This document shows positions 19,408 through 28,222 of a stretch of DNA of 48,767 bases, piece after piece. A program made the translations under genes and the position numbers. A model generated the notes under the pieces. That model did not search any database. It worked only from the letters and a program-made list of their open reading frames with translations, and was not told the DNA's origin. Each line of letters begins with the position of its first letter. Positions within the stretch are counted from its first letter, which is position 1. Source of the stretch: a virus (taxonomy: Duplodnaviria > Caudoviricetes); the IMG/VR virus record IMGVR_UViG_3300044259_000044, positions 1-48,767 of that record. The stretch is one strand, 5' to 3'.

Positions 19408-19551
19408 AGCTCGGCTGGTCAAGTTTCACAAGATATTAACGCGAGGTGTTGCAATGTGCAATCAAAACGCGCAGGGCGATAGCGAAAGTCAATTGCACGG
19501 CCAGCGCGGGCTGTGCTAAGATTTGGCTTACAAAACGTTAAGGAAAGGGCC

Positions 19552-20637
19552 ATGACAGCCTATTACAACGAGATTGACCCGTTCGCTGCGGCCTGGCTGC
19601 GCGAACTCATCAAGGCCCGCCTGATTGCAGACGGCATTGTAGACACAAGGAGCATTGAGGATGTACGACCCGACGAACTCACCGGATTCACGCAGTGCCA
19701 TTTCTTCGCCGGGATCGGCGGATGGTCTCTCGCCCTGCGCCGCGCAGGATGGCCCGACGATCGGCCAATCTGGACCGGCAGCTGCCCTTGCCAACCTTTC
19801 AGCACGGCAGGTCAAGGCGCTGGGTTTGCTGACGAGCGGCACCTTTGGCCGTCCTTCTTCCACCTCATCGAACAGTGCCGCCCTGCAGTCATCGCTGGAG
19901 AGCAAGTTGCGAGCAAGGACGCAGATCCTTGGCTCGACCTTGTACAAGATGACCTGGAAGCCATGGGCTATGCCTTCGGGGCGGTTGCGTTCCCGTCTGC
20001 GAGCGTCGGTGCTCCGCACATCCGAGACCGCACGTACTGGAGGGCCTACGCCAACGGTAGGAAATTCGATGGGCTCACAGTCGTTCGAGGGATTGAGCGC
20101 AACGGGCAAGACGCCGGACGGGCGCAAGGTGGCGGTCAGCTTGAATCATGCGGCAACGTTTGCAGGCTGGGCCACACCGGCAGCGAGGGATTGGCACAGT
20201 GCAAGTGCCAGCGAGGAATTCCTTGCGGAACGCCTGGAACAGACGCGCGGCAAGCCGCTCTCGGAACAGGCATTTGCTCTTGCGGGCTGGCCGACTCCTC
20301 AGACTCTAGCGCCAGCGAAAGCCAATTACAACGAGTCGGGCAGCAGCGATTACACCCGGAAGGTGGATGTGGCGCTTGGCATGCGCGAGACGACGAACGG
20401 CCCAAGGGCACCTCTGTCTTGGTCGAACACCCCGGCCAGACTAACGGCTTCTGGCGAGATGCTGATTGGCTCCTCTGCCGGGATGGAAAGTGGCGGCCAG
20501 TTGAACCCGGCACATTCCCGCTGGCTCATGGGGTACCCGCCCGAGTGGGACGACTGCGCGGTTATGGCAATGCAATCAATGCCGAGCAAGCGGCGCTCTT
20601 CGTCGAAGTGATGGCCGAGGCTATAGCTTCAGCCTGA
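19552..20637 (+). CDS. C5-cytosine DNA methyltransferase, alpha polypeptide
   Basis: FFAGIGG (I), GSCPCQPFS (IV), GEQV (VI), PHIRDR (VIII), LRGYGNAI (X); motif IX absent. Confidence 0.9.
   Translation: MTAYYNEIDPFAAAWLRELIKARLIADGIVDTRSIEDVRPDELTGFTQCHFFAGIGGWSLALRRAGWPDDRPIWTGSCPCQPFSTAGQGAGFADERHLWPSFFHLIEQCRPAVIAGEQVASKDADPWLDLVQDDLEAMGYAFGAVAFPSASVGAPHIRDRTYWRAYANGRKFDGLTVVRGIERNGQDAGRAQGGGQLESCGNVCRLGHTGSEGLAQCKCQRGIPCGTPGTDARQAALGTGICSCGLADSSDSSASESQLQRVGQQRLHPEGGCGAWHARDDERPKGTSVLVEHPGQTNGFWRDADWLLCRDGKWRPVEPGTFPLAHGVPARVGRLRGYGNAINAEQAALFVEVMAEAIASA
19661..20611 (+). CDS. C5 methyltransferase beta polypeptide nested in the +1 frame
   Basis: AAGGAG SD 8 nt before ATG 19661; 316 open codons; [18 protein letters not shown] is motif IX-like. 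Confidence 0.75.
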   Translation: MYDPTNSPDSRSAISSPGSADGLSPCAAQDGPTIGQSGPAAALANLSARQVKALGLLTSGTFGRPSSTSSNSAALQSSLESKLRARTQILGSTLYKMTWKPWAMPSGRLRSRLRASVLRTSETARTGGPTPTVGNSMGSQSFEGLSATGKTPDGRKVAVSLNHAATFAGWATPAARDWHSASASEEFLAERLEQTRGKPLSEQAFALAGWPTPQTLAPAKANYNESGSSDYTRKVDVALGMRETTNGPRAPLSWSNTPARLTASGEMLIGSSAGMESGGQLNPAHSRWLMGYPPEWDDCAVMAMQSMPSKRRSSSK

Positions 20638-21544
20638 ACGCACCAGGAAAACCCGGCACAGGCTCCAGCTTGTCCGGGTCAAACCCTTTCGGCATGCGGC
20701 CGATGGCGGGGATGATCGACTTGCCCGTGCATCGACAGTTGATGGCCTCGCCGGGTAAAACTTGCCCAAAAGAATCACCAAAGTCGATACCCACATTCAC
20801 GTCGTAATACCAATCCTCACGCGCCGCGCGCTGGTGCTCCACACGTGGCTCTTTCCCTGCCGACGAATGTTTCCACAACGCCCACTGAATGCCCAACTCG
20901 CGCTGGCGCGCGCTGTTCATTTGCGCGGTTGCCTTGTTGGACTGGTCGCGAGCGATCAGCGCCGCGCGCCGGGTGGACACGCCGCCGCGCGCCTTGATCT
21001 GCTCGGCCATCGGCGCCAAGTCGCGGCCGGCTAGGAAATTGCGCGTCACAATCCCCTGAATGTCCTTGTGGTAGTCCTGCTGAATAGACTTGATGAGCGC
21101 GACGTTTTCCGGCACTTTGGCTTGCAGGATGAGCTTTTGCGCGGGCGACAACTGCATTTTGATGTCGAACCCCGCACGGCCCAGCTTGGAGCGCCAGGCC
21201 GCGACGTTGGAGTCGTACCAGCGTTCGGCCGCCTGCGTGGCCAACTTTTGAGCGAACTTTACGAAGTAGTCGGCCCAGTACTTTTCGAGGCGCCGCAGTT
21301 CGTCCTGCAGCTTCTTGGCCTCTTCGAATGGCGACGCGTCCATAGCGACATCCGGCAGCCGCCCGGCGTCCACGTTGGCCTCCACGGCCTTCGTGAACCG
21401 CCGGGCAAGCCAATGCTCATAGGAGGCCGTCATGTTGGCCACCGCCTTCGATAACTGCCCGCGATACCACAATTCGACTTGGTGATTCGGCATCACCGCG
21501 CCGAGTTCGATGTCGCGTTTGCCGGGCGCGCGCAGTTCGGTCAT
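20621..21544 (-). CDS. Head morphogenesis protein (SPP1 gp7/Mu gpF-like)
   Basis: RAALIARDQ and PGEAINCRC motifs; follows portal. Confidence 0.88.
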   Translation of the reverse strand: MTELRAPGKRDIELGAVMPNHQVELWYRGQLSKAVANMTASYEHWLARRFTKAVEANVDAGRLPDVAMDASPFEEAKKLQDELRRLEKYWADYFVKFAQKLATQAAERWYDSNVAAWRSKLGRAGFDIKMQLSPAQKLILQAKVPENVALIKSIQQDYHKDIQGIVTRNFLAGRDLAPMAEQIKARGGVSTRRAALIARDQSNKATAQMNSARQRELGIQWALWKHSSAGKEPRVEHQRAAREDWYYDVNVGIDFGDSFGQVLPGEAINCRCTGKSIIPAIGRMPKGFDPDKLEPVPGFPGAFRLKL

Positions 21545-23256
21545 ACCAGCTTCTCGTTCGTGTCAGGCGGGTTTGCGGTAATGCCGGACACGTCGGGCGC
21601 TGCGCCTTGCGGCACTTCGACCTGCGCACCTGCCGGCGAGTTGCCGGGCACCATTTCGGGCGCGCCGGCCACCTGCACCGCGTTGATAGCGTCCATCAGC
21701 GGATCGGGTGCGGCAGGCATCAACGGCATGCCGGCGTCGTCCTTGCCGATGTCCATAAGCTTCTCGGTGATGCCGGCGATATCGTCGTCGGCAACATCTT
21801 CGATGTCGTCGGATTGCAGCGTGCCCGAATACATGCTGGTCGAATCGTTGTTCAGGCGCTTGGCTACCTGCTGCGGCGTGACGGTCTGCATTTCGGTGTA
21901 GATTTGGTCGGTTTGCGCCTCTTTGTACTGGCGGTCGGCGTCTTCCAGCGCGGTCAACTCGTGCAGCTTTTCCCATTCCCAGAAAATTGACTCGTCAATT
22001 TCGCCGAACAGCGACAGCTGGATCAGGCGCAGCGCGGTGTCCATGATGGGCGTAATGGTGCGCGACTGATAGCCCGCCACGCGGTCGTACCAGACGCGGA
22101 TCTCGCCGTCGCTGGTCGCGTTCAAACCCGACGGGGTGATGCCGAACGCTTTGACCAGTGGCTGACCTGACACGGCGCACTGCTGTTCCTGCGCCTGCGC
22201 CTGCAGGTCTGACAGGCCGGAAAGCGGCGTGTTGATCTGGAAGAATTCTTCGGTGTTGAAGTCCAGAAACGCGATATTGCGGTTATCGCGCATCTGGTTG
22301 AACAGCGCCGCCCGGTTGACCAGGTCGGTCGCGCCACCGGGCTGCAGGTACTGCTGCAGGTCGGTTTTCACGCCGGTGATGGAGAATTGCTTTACGGTAT
22401 CGCTGACCGATTGCTGGGTGCGCAGCCAGTTGTCCACGTAGGGCATGGCCAACTGGGTCAGGCTGATGCCACGGAACGAATACGTCGGCTTCAGCATGTC
22501 CGGCACGGGCCGGCTGATCATGGTTTGCAGGCGCGTCGCATGCACTTCAGTGCCCAGCATCCACCAAGTCGAGGGCTTGTAGAAGTCAGCGGCCGTTGGG
22601 TCAATCGAATTGTAGTTGTTCGGTGTCACCCAGTACGGTTCCACCACGCGCACGGCTTCGAACGACCCTTGACGGACCGTACCGGGGCGCAGCACCAGCG
22701 GCGTGTCGCGGTGCTTGTCGTCGCCGCGCAGCTTGAAATAGGCATGGCCGCCGCCGAATGCCTGATCGTGAATCACCAGCTGGCGCACAACGGATTTCAT
22801 GTCGATGCGCTTGATCTCGGATTCGATCTTTTCCAGCACTTCGGGCGGCGTGGAGTCCGACGCCTTGACGTGGCCCCACTTGCGAATGCATTCATCGGCC
22901 AGGGTTTCGTGCATGGTCCGGTACTCGGTCAGCTGAGTCAGCAGCGACAGGGTCGGGAAGCCCGGGAAGCCCGTGCGCGTGATGAACGTCAGGGCATTCA
23001 TCGACGTGCCATTGAAGTCCATGGCATGCTCGGCCGCCTTGCGCTCGGCGGTCGAGTAGTTATCCACGTCGGTTTCATACTTCTCGGCGCGGCGCATTGA
23101 CGGCGACACGGGCTCTGCGGTCAACTCGGCGGCCAGCTGCAACGCGATGGAGCGGCGCTGTTCGGCCGTCAGGTGCGAGAACGGCGCGGGCAGCGGCTTG
23201 TCCGCCTGGGCAGGTGCCTGCACGGACTGGCGGCGGATGGGTTTGCGTCGGGTCAT
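21541..23256 (-). CDS. Portal protein (DUF1073-like)
   Basis: Between terminase and gpF; FGGG, HATRL, FGITPSGLNAT motifs. Confidence 0.85.
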   Translation of the reverse strand: MTRRKPIRRQSVQAPAQADKPLPAPFSHLTAEQRRSIALQLAAELTAEPVSPSMRRAEKYETDVDNYSTAERKAAEHAMDFNGTSMNALTFITRTGFPGFPTLSLLTQLTEYRTMHETLADECIRKWGHVKASDSTPPEVLEKIESEIKRIDMKSVVRQLVIHDQAFGGGHAYFKLRGDDKHRDTPLVLRPGTVRQGSFEAVRVVEPYWVTPNNYNSIDPTAADFYKPSTWWMLGTEVHATRLQTMISRPVPDMLKPTYSFRGISLTQLAMPYVDNWLRTQQSVSDTVKQFSITGVKTDLQQYLQPGGATDLVNRAALFNQMRDNRNIAFLDFNTEEFFQINTPLSGLSDLQAQAQEQQCAVSGQPLVKAFGITPSGLNATSDGEIRVWYDRVAGYQSRTITPIMDTALRLIQLSLFGEIDESIFWEWEKLHELTALEDADRQYKEAQTDQIYTEMQTVTPQQVAKRLNNDSTSMYSGTLQSDDIEDVADDDIAGITEKLMDIGKDDAGMPLMPAAPDPLMDAINAVQVAGAPEMVPGNSPAGAQVEVPQGAAPDVSGITANPPDTNEKLV

Positions 23257-23264
23257 ATCGTGTC

Positions 23265-24725
23265 CTATCGCATCTTTGCGAGAATTTCTTGATTAATCAG
23301 TGACGCAATGGTATCACGCACGCACAGCTGTTGGAGTGCCAGCGTCATACAGTCTACAGTATCGTCATGGCCGGTTGTCGTGTCAGGGAACGACGTGATT
23401 TCCTGCACCCACTGCAGGATGCCGGGGGCCTCGTCGGGGTGCGGCAGCATCACGCAGTTGCCTTCCCATACCCAGGATACGGCGTGCGCGCGGGCCTCTT
23501 TTGAGCCCATCGGCGGCACCCCTTCGATGCCCGTGAAATGCTTCTTTAGCATATCGATTAGTGCCGCTCCGTTAGCGGCCTCTTCGATGTAGGTGCGCGA
23601 GACACGCGGGTGCTTCTTGCGCAATTCTGCAATCGCTTGCGCAGTAGCCATAAACGCAAGCTTTGAGCGGCGGAAGTCTTTGAGCCAAACTCGCGCCATA
23701 CCAGGGTCTTGCGTTTTGCCCCATACGCCGGCGGCCACGTAGTCCGAAGCGTCGCCATCTTTGAACGTAGCGTCCACAGTGATGATCTCCCGTGCGAAGA
23801 CGGACGGCAACTCACTGCGCCGGTAATACTGAACATTCGCGCGCTTGAAGATCGCGCCAAATTCGGCCAGCGGCACTTGCTGATACATGGCCGACCACCA
23901 GAACTCCGACATGTGTTTCTTCATTTCGCGCAGCTTTTCTTCGCTGTGCAAGTGCGGAACCAGCGGGCCTTCGGGCATTTCGGGGTCGTAGCCGATCTGG
24001 TCCGGGTAGTTCAGCGCGGGGAAAGACAGTCGAGTAAAACGCGGGTCGCCGTCCATCTTGCGACGGATGCGCGCCAAGATGTCATTGGCAGACCAGGGCG
24101 TGCCAATAATGATCGTGCCCGAGATCGCCTGCAAGCGAGTCATCACGACGGACTCGTACCAAGCTTCCAAGCCATCCTGCACGACAGCGGACAGCGCCTC
24201 TTGCGCGTCCTTGGTCGCGTCATCGATGGTAGCGAGATTAAGGCTGAAGCCGGTGAGGCCGCCGCCGACGCCAACTCCCCGGAAACCGCCGCCGTGCGGC
24301 ATGTCGAACTCGTCGGCCATGTCGCGCCCTTTGAACCCCACTAGCGACATTTCGGGGAAAATGGCGCGGTAAATGGGCTCGCCCATGATGGACTTTGCAT
24401 CCCTCAAATTGCGCTTGGCCAGCGTGGCCGCATACGTGGCGTTGGCTACGCGCACGGCGCCGATGATCGGCTGCAATCGGCCCGCGATATACGGGCCCAC
24501 GCAACGCGAAATGAGCGACGACTTGCCGTGCTGTGGCGCACACGTCAGCATCAAAATCGGGCACTTGCCTGCAATCATGTCTTCGACAAATACGTCCACT
24601 GCGCGGCACACCGCAGCGGAAAACGCCGAATGCTTGAAACGTGGACGATGCACGGCCGAAACGAATGCCGCAAAGTTCGTGCGGGCGGATTGGACCAGAA
24701 AATCAACGGGGTCGATGTCGCTCAT
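23265..24725 (-). CDS. terL: Terminase large subunit
   Basis: APQHGKS Walker A, TIDD Walker B, HDDTVD nuclease motif. Confidence 0.92.
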   Translation of the reverse strand: MSDIDPVDFLVQSARTNFAAFVSAVHRPRFKHSAFSAAVCRAVDVFVEDMIAGKCPILMLTCAPQHGKSSLISRCVGPYIAGRLQPIIGAVRVANATYAATLAKRNLRDAKSIMGEPIYRAIFPEMSLVGFKGRDMADEFDMPHGGGFRGVGVGGGLTGFSLNLATIDDATKDAQEALSAVVQDGLEAWYESVVMTRLQAISGTIIIGTPWSANDILARIRRKMDGDPRFTRLSFPALNYPDQIGYDPEMPEGPLVPHLHSEEKLREMKKHMSEFWWSAMYQQVPLAEFGAIFKRANVQYYRRSELPSVFAREIITVDATFKDGDASDYVAAGVWGKTQDPGMARVWLKDFRRSKLAFMATAQAIAELRKKHPRVSRTYIEEAANGAALIDMLKKHFTGIEGVPPMGSKEARAHAVSWVWEGNCVMLPHPDEAPGILQWVQEITSFPDTTTGHDDTVDCMTLALQQLCVRDTIASLINQEILAKMR

Positions 24726-25210
24726 TTCGTGCCGTCCAGCAAGCCCATTGCGGCCAACTCCTTCAGCTGCTCCACGTACTGCTCGCGCTGCTCTTGCGAC
24801 AGGGTTTGTGCAAGCGGCGCGGCGTTAGCGATCTCCACCACGGCCTTGTCGAAGCCCAGCAGCTTGACCAGCATGGCGAACGAGCGGTCCTTGCTGCGGA
24901 ATTTGGGCACGTACTGGCCCTGCTTGAACTCGAAGCCTTCGATCAGCCGGCCGTAGCGCGGAGCCTGCAGCTTGGCCTGATCTAGCGTGTAGTGCTCGAT
25001 GGCGCCTACGCCGCCGCACGTCGCGCACGTGCTGAGGGTGCCGTCATCAAACACCGTACCGTCCTGGCGCGGCTCGCCGCCGACCGTGCCCGCGCCTTTG
25101 CAGTCCGGGCATGTGATCGTCTTGACGACCAGAAGCGCGCCCAGATTCTCGTTGATGAGGGCGACCAGGTCGGCAACTAGCGACGCGTGTACAGGTGTCA
25201 GGGCTTCCAT
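24722..25210 (-). CDS. Putative terminase small subunit with Zn finger
   Basis: Directly upstream of and coupled to terL; two CxxCxGxG motifs; start position uncertain. Confidence 0.6.
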   Translation of the reverse strand: MEALTPVHASLVADLVALINENLGALLVVKTITCPDCKGAGTVGGEPRQDGTVFDDGTLSTCATCGGVGAIEHYTLDQAKLQAPRYGRLIEGFEFKQGQYVPKFRSKDRSFAMLVKLLGFDKAVVEIANAAPLAQTLSQEQREQYVEQLKELAAMGLLDGTK

Positions 25211-25297
25211 GCCGGAAAGTGTAACGCAATTGTCAAACCCTTGGCGATAGAAACCGACTATCGGCACGTCAAACCCGACAAGCCCTTGACATTCCAT

Positions 25298-25779
25298 TTA
25301 ACGGAAGTACGGAGGAGATACGGCAGAAGTACGGAGGACACCCTCATTTGATCAAGATTTATACAACTGTCATTCAACTTTCATATAGTTGAATAGTTTA
25401 AAACTTTTTATAAACTCGCATTTTCTTTACAAGTGTAAATTTCTCACAAATTGAGAAGTTATCAATTTGTTAATATAGATTATACTAGATTACGGAGGAC
25501 ATTTTGCGTCGTCCGTGTCGTCCTCCGTTCGCGCTTCTGATAACGAACTCTTTGCTAAACGTAAATGCAATTGCGCGAAACTTCAAATCCTCTTCTTTCT
25601 CTTCTCTTCTTTTTCTTATCTTATTTTCTATTAACGGAAGATTTATAATTATTTTAGTAAAGAGTTTTTAGAACTTAGAGGAAACCGGAAGAAGTCGGAA
25701 AGGACTTATTGGCCTTTTCGGTTTACTGGGAAGGTTGTTGCACCTTCCTCTTCCGTTAAAGCGATTCTTAGCTGTTTGT
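25298..25779. repeat. AT-rich control region, copy 1 (direct repeat of ~45332-45805)
   Basis: Perfect 79-bp and 62-bp blocks at a constant offset of 20,026 bp; ACGG(A/C)(A/G)G repeats. Confidence 0.95.
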
Positions 25780-25820
25780 CGCATTTACCAGTCTGCCGTG
25801 CGTTGTGCTACGATTCGGGC

Positions 25821-26198
25821 ATGGACACGCTGACACTGACCGCTGATTGGGACTTGACCGTGGATGTCGCCGGAAATTGGGCGACCGTGGGCGACTCCAC
25901 GCCCGGCGACCTGACCGGACCCGGCATGCGATTGGCGCAAGACGTGGCTACACGCTGCCTGTCCTGGCGAGGCGAGGTGTACTACGACGCCGGGCAGGGC
26001 ATCCGGTACGAGCAGATCCTGGGCCAAGCCCCGAACATGGCGCTCGTGCAGAGCACCTACGCGACCGAGGCGTTGAAGGTGCCCGGTTGCGCGCAGGCCA
26101 TCCCGAATTTCGCGTTCACGGCTGGGCGTTCGCGCAACGTCTCGGGTGCGCTGACAGTGGCCGACTTCAGCGGCAACGCCGGTGAGGTGTTGTTTTGA
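25821..26198 (+). CDS. Baseplate wedge/sheath initiator-like protein
   Basis: DWDLTVD...AQDVA...GEVYYD..QGI.Y motifs. Confidence 0.7.
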   Translation: MDTLTLTADWDLTVDVAGNWATVGDSTPGDLTGPGMRLAQDVATRCLSWRGEVYYDAGQGIRYEQILGQAPNMALVQSTYATEALKVPGCAQAIPNFAFTAGRSRNVSGALTVADFSGNAGEVLF

Positions 26199-26497
26199 CT
26201 TGGGTCCAAATCCCCCTGTCCACCGAGCCGAACCAGACGTTCGGCGCGCAGCTGGACGGCGCGTTCGCGCAGATCACGCTGACCACGACCGATTACGGGC
26301 TTTTCGCCGATGTCATCTACGACGGCGTCCCGGTGGCGGCTGGGCGGCTCTGCCTGGACCGTACCGACATCAACCCAAATCGCTATCTTGGCCTGCCGCA
26401 GATGCTGACGTTTGTAGACCTGCAAGGCACGACCGACCCTGTAGCCAGTGGGTTTGGTACGCGTTACCTGCTGCTGTACGGCACGCCACCAACCTGA
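26195..26497 (+). CDS. Small baseplate-associated protein
   Basis: IPL...PNQ..., FVDLQG..DP...G.GTRY.L.Y motifs. Confidence 0.7.
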   Translation: MTWVQIPLSTEPNQTFGAQLDGAFAQITLTTTDYGLFADVIYDGVPVAAGRLCLDRTDINPNRYLGLPQMLTFVDLQGTTDPVASGFGTRYLLLYGTPPT

Positions 26498-26500
26498 GCC

Positions 26501-26529
26501 TTGACTTAGCTGCAACCGTCGCCGATACT
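26501..26529 (+). promoter_or_regulatory. Sigma70-like promoter of putative sRNA
   Basis: TTGACT-17-GATACT. Confidence 0.7.
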
Positions 26530-26535
26530 GGACGC

Positions 26536-26617
26536 AGCTTCCTGTTGTGAGTGGGGTCGGCGCGCGGGACGCCCGACGCTTTGCCCGGCCCGATGCAAAT
26601 CGCGCCGGGCTTCTTTT
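26536..26617 (+). ncRNA. Putative ~80-nt antisense sRNA
   Basis: Promoter, unpaired 5' seed complementary to moron RBS leaders, GTCGG/CCGAC hairpin, then terminator GCCCGGC..GCCGGGC-TTCTTTT; no SD-led ORF within it. Confidence 0.6.
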
Positions 26618-26623
26618 CGCCGC

Positions 26624-26652
26624 TTGCATTTACGTATCGTTTAGATTATAGT
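26624..26652 (+). promoter_or_regulatory. Sigma70-like promoter
   Basis: TTGCAT-17-TATAGT. Confidence 0.7.
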
Positions 26653-26682
26653 GACGTTACCACTTACGACAAGGAGCCCAAA

Positions 26683-27246
26683 ATGACCATGACACGAGAC
26701 CGAATGGCCGATCTGTTGCGCCAGGCTTCTGCCACGCCTGACGGTTACCGCATGCTGGTAGACGCTGCCGATCTGATCGCCCTAGCAGAGCGCGCCCTGC
26801 AGCCGCAAACTCCGATGGATGTGACCGTGTACACACTGGAACGCCTGCGCGGGGCCATGACACGGTTTGGTATCTCGTGCGGTGAAGGCGGTATGGAACA
26901 CTTCAGCGTCAAGTTCGAATCGCATTTGCTGGAGTTCATCCGGGCCGCAACCGATAGCCTGGACAAGTTGCGTCAAGCATATGCTGATCTGGAGGCATCC
27001 CAGCGCGCCCTGCAGCCGGAAGAGGGGCAGTCCTGCGAAATGACGCCTGAGCAGATGACGGCATATGCGCAGAGCGTTGCCGACCGTGCGGCCGAGCTAG
27101 CGCAGCCGCTTCCGGAGTTGCCGGATGCGCCGATGCTTGGCGGCGATCCTGACTACGGGGACGCTGTGTACGGATTCACTGCCAACCAGATGGGCGCTTA
27201 CGGACGGAAATGCTACGACGCTGGCATGCTGCTGGGCGTAATCTAA
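26683..27246 (+). CDS. Mosaic moron protein of unknown function
   Basis: Own promoter, AAGGAG SD; internal 17-bp direct repeat. Confidence 0.75.
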   Translation: MTMTRDRMADLLRQASATPDGYRMLVDAADLIALAERALQPQTPMDVTVYTLERLRGAMTRFGISCGEGGMEHFSVKFESHLLEFIRAATDSLDKLRQAYADLEASQRALQPEEGQSCEMTPEQMTAYAQSVADRAAELAQPLPELPDAPMLGGDPDYGDAVYGFTANQMGAYGRKCYDAGMLLGVI

Positions 27247-27821
27247 TGCTGAAGGCCCGCACGCTGCATTTGGCCGGCCGCGACACGGGCCGCCAGATCG
27301 TCTTGACCGAGTTGCCCGCGCTGCAGGCCGACCGGCACGCGCGCCGCCTGATTGCGTCGTGGGACGGCGACCCGGCCGGCGGCGTGGCCGGGCTCGCGCT
27401 GCGCCACCAAGCCGACCTGGCCGCCATGGGCGCCGACGCGCTGGAAGCGTTGGCCCCGTTCGTGCGCGCGACCCTGCCGGACGGCACACCCTTCGACCTG
27501 AACGACCTTGCCGACTGGAAAAACGTTGCGCGCATCCAGCAAGCCGCGCTGGCTCTGCACGTGGATTTCCTGCTTGGCCGCAAACCCGTGGACGTGCCGG
27601 TATCTATGCGCGCCGAGGGTATCCTGGCCGGCGAGGGCGACGCGCAAGCCACGTTCTGTTCCCCGTTCATCGCTGCGGTGCTACAATCGGATAAGGCCAG
27701 CTACGTCGAACTGGAAACCGTGCTGTCCACCGAGGACGCCTACAACCTGGCCGAACTGCTCAACATCGACGCGATCCGCCAATGGCGCGACGCGCAAATC
27801 CGCGCGAAAGGCAAACCATGA
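27246..27821 (+). CDS. Tail assembly chaperone-like protein (long form)
   Basis: GRDTG...LTELP motif; C-terminal ELETVLSTEDAYNLAE segment; upstream of tape measure. Confidence 0.6.
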   Translation: MLKARTLHLAGRDTGRQIVLTELPALQADRHARRLIASWDGDPAGGVAGLALRHQADLAAMGADALEALAPFVRATLPDGTPFDLNDLADWKNVARIQQAALALHVDFLLGRKPVDVPVSMRAEGILAGEGDAQATFCSPFIAAVLQSDKASYVELETVLSTEDAYNLAELLNIDAIRQWRDAQIRAKGKP

Positions 27822-28219
27822 CCGACAAACTCGATTCCATCATCACCGCCGCAAACGGCCGCGACGCCGGTAAGCGTTTCAAGCTGACCGAGCTTGGCCC
27901 AGTGGCGTCGGCGGGGGTGATGCTGCGTCTGGTGTCGGCCCTGCGGGTGGACAGCTACGAAGACTTGCTGGCCCGGCTGCGTGAGTCGAGCGAGGACGGC
28001 GCACCACCCATCGATGAGATCATGCGAGTGCTGCAAGGCTGTGACCCTGACCGCGTGCAGTCGCTGGTGCGCGAAGCGCTGCAGGGCGTCCAGGTCGCGC
28101 CGGACCCGAAGCACCCCGAGGCGTTTCGTCCAATGACCGAGGCGGACATCGCCGAGTTGCGCACCCTGGGTGAACTGCTTATGGCGTTCTCGAAACTGAA
28201 CTTCGGCGCGGGGTTGTAA
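27818..28219 (+). CDS. Tail assembly chaperone-like protein (short form)
   Basis: GRDAGKRFKLTEL and DIAELRTL..L motifs. Confidence 0.65.
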   Translation: MTDKLDSIITAANGRDAGKRFKLTELGPVASAGVMLRLVSALRVDSYEDLLARLRESSEDGAPPIDEIMRVLQGCDPDRVQSLVREALQGVQVAPDPKHPEAFRPMTEADIAELRTLGELLMAFSKLNFGAGL

Positions 28220-28222
28220 GCC

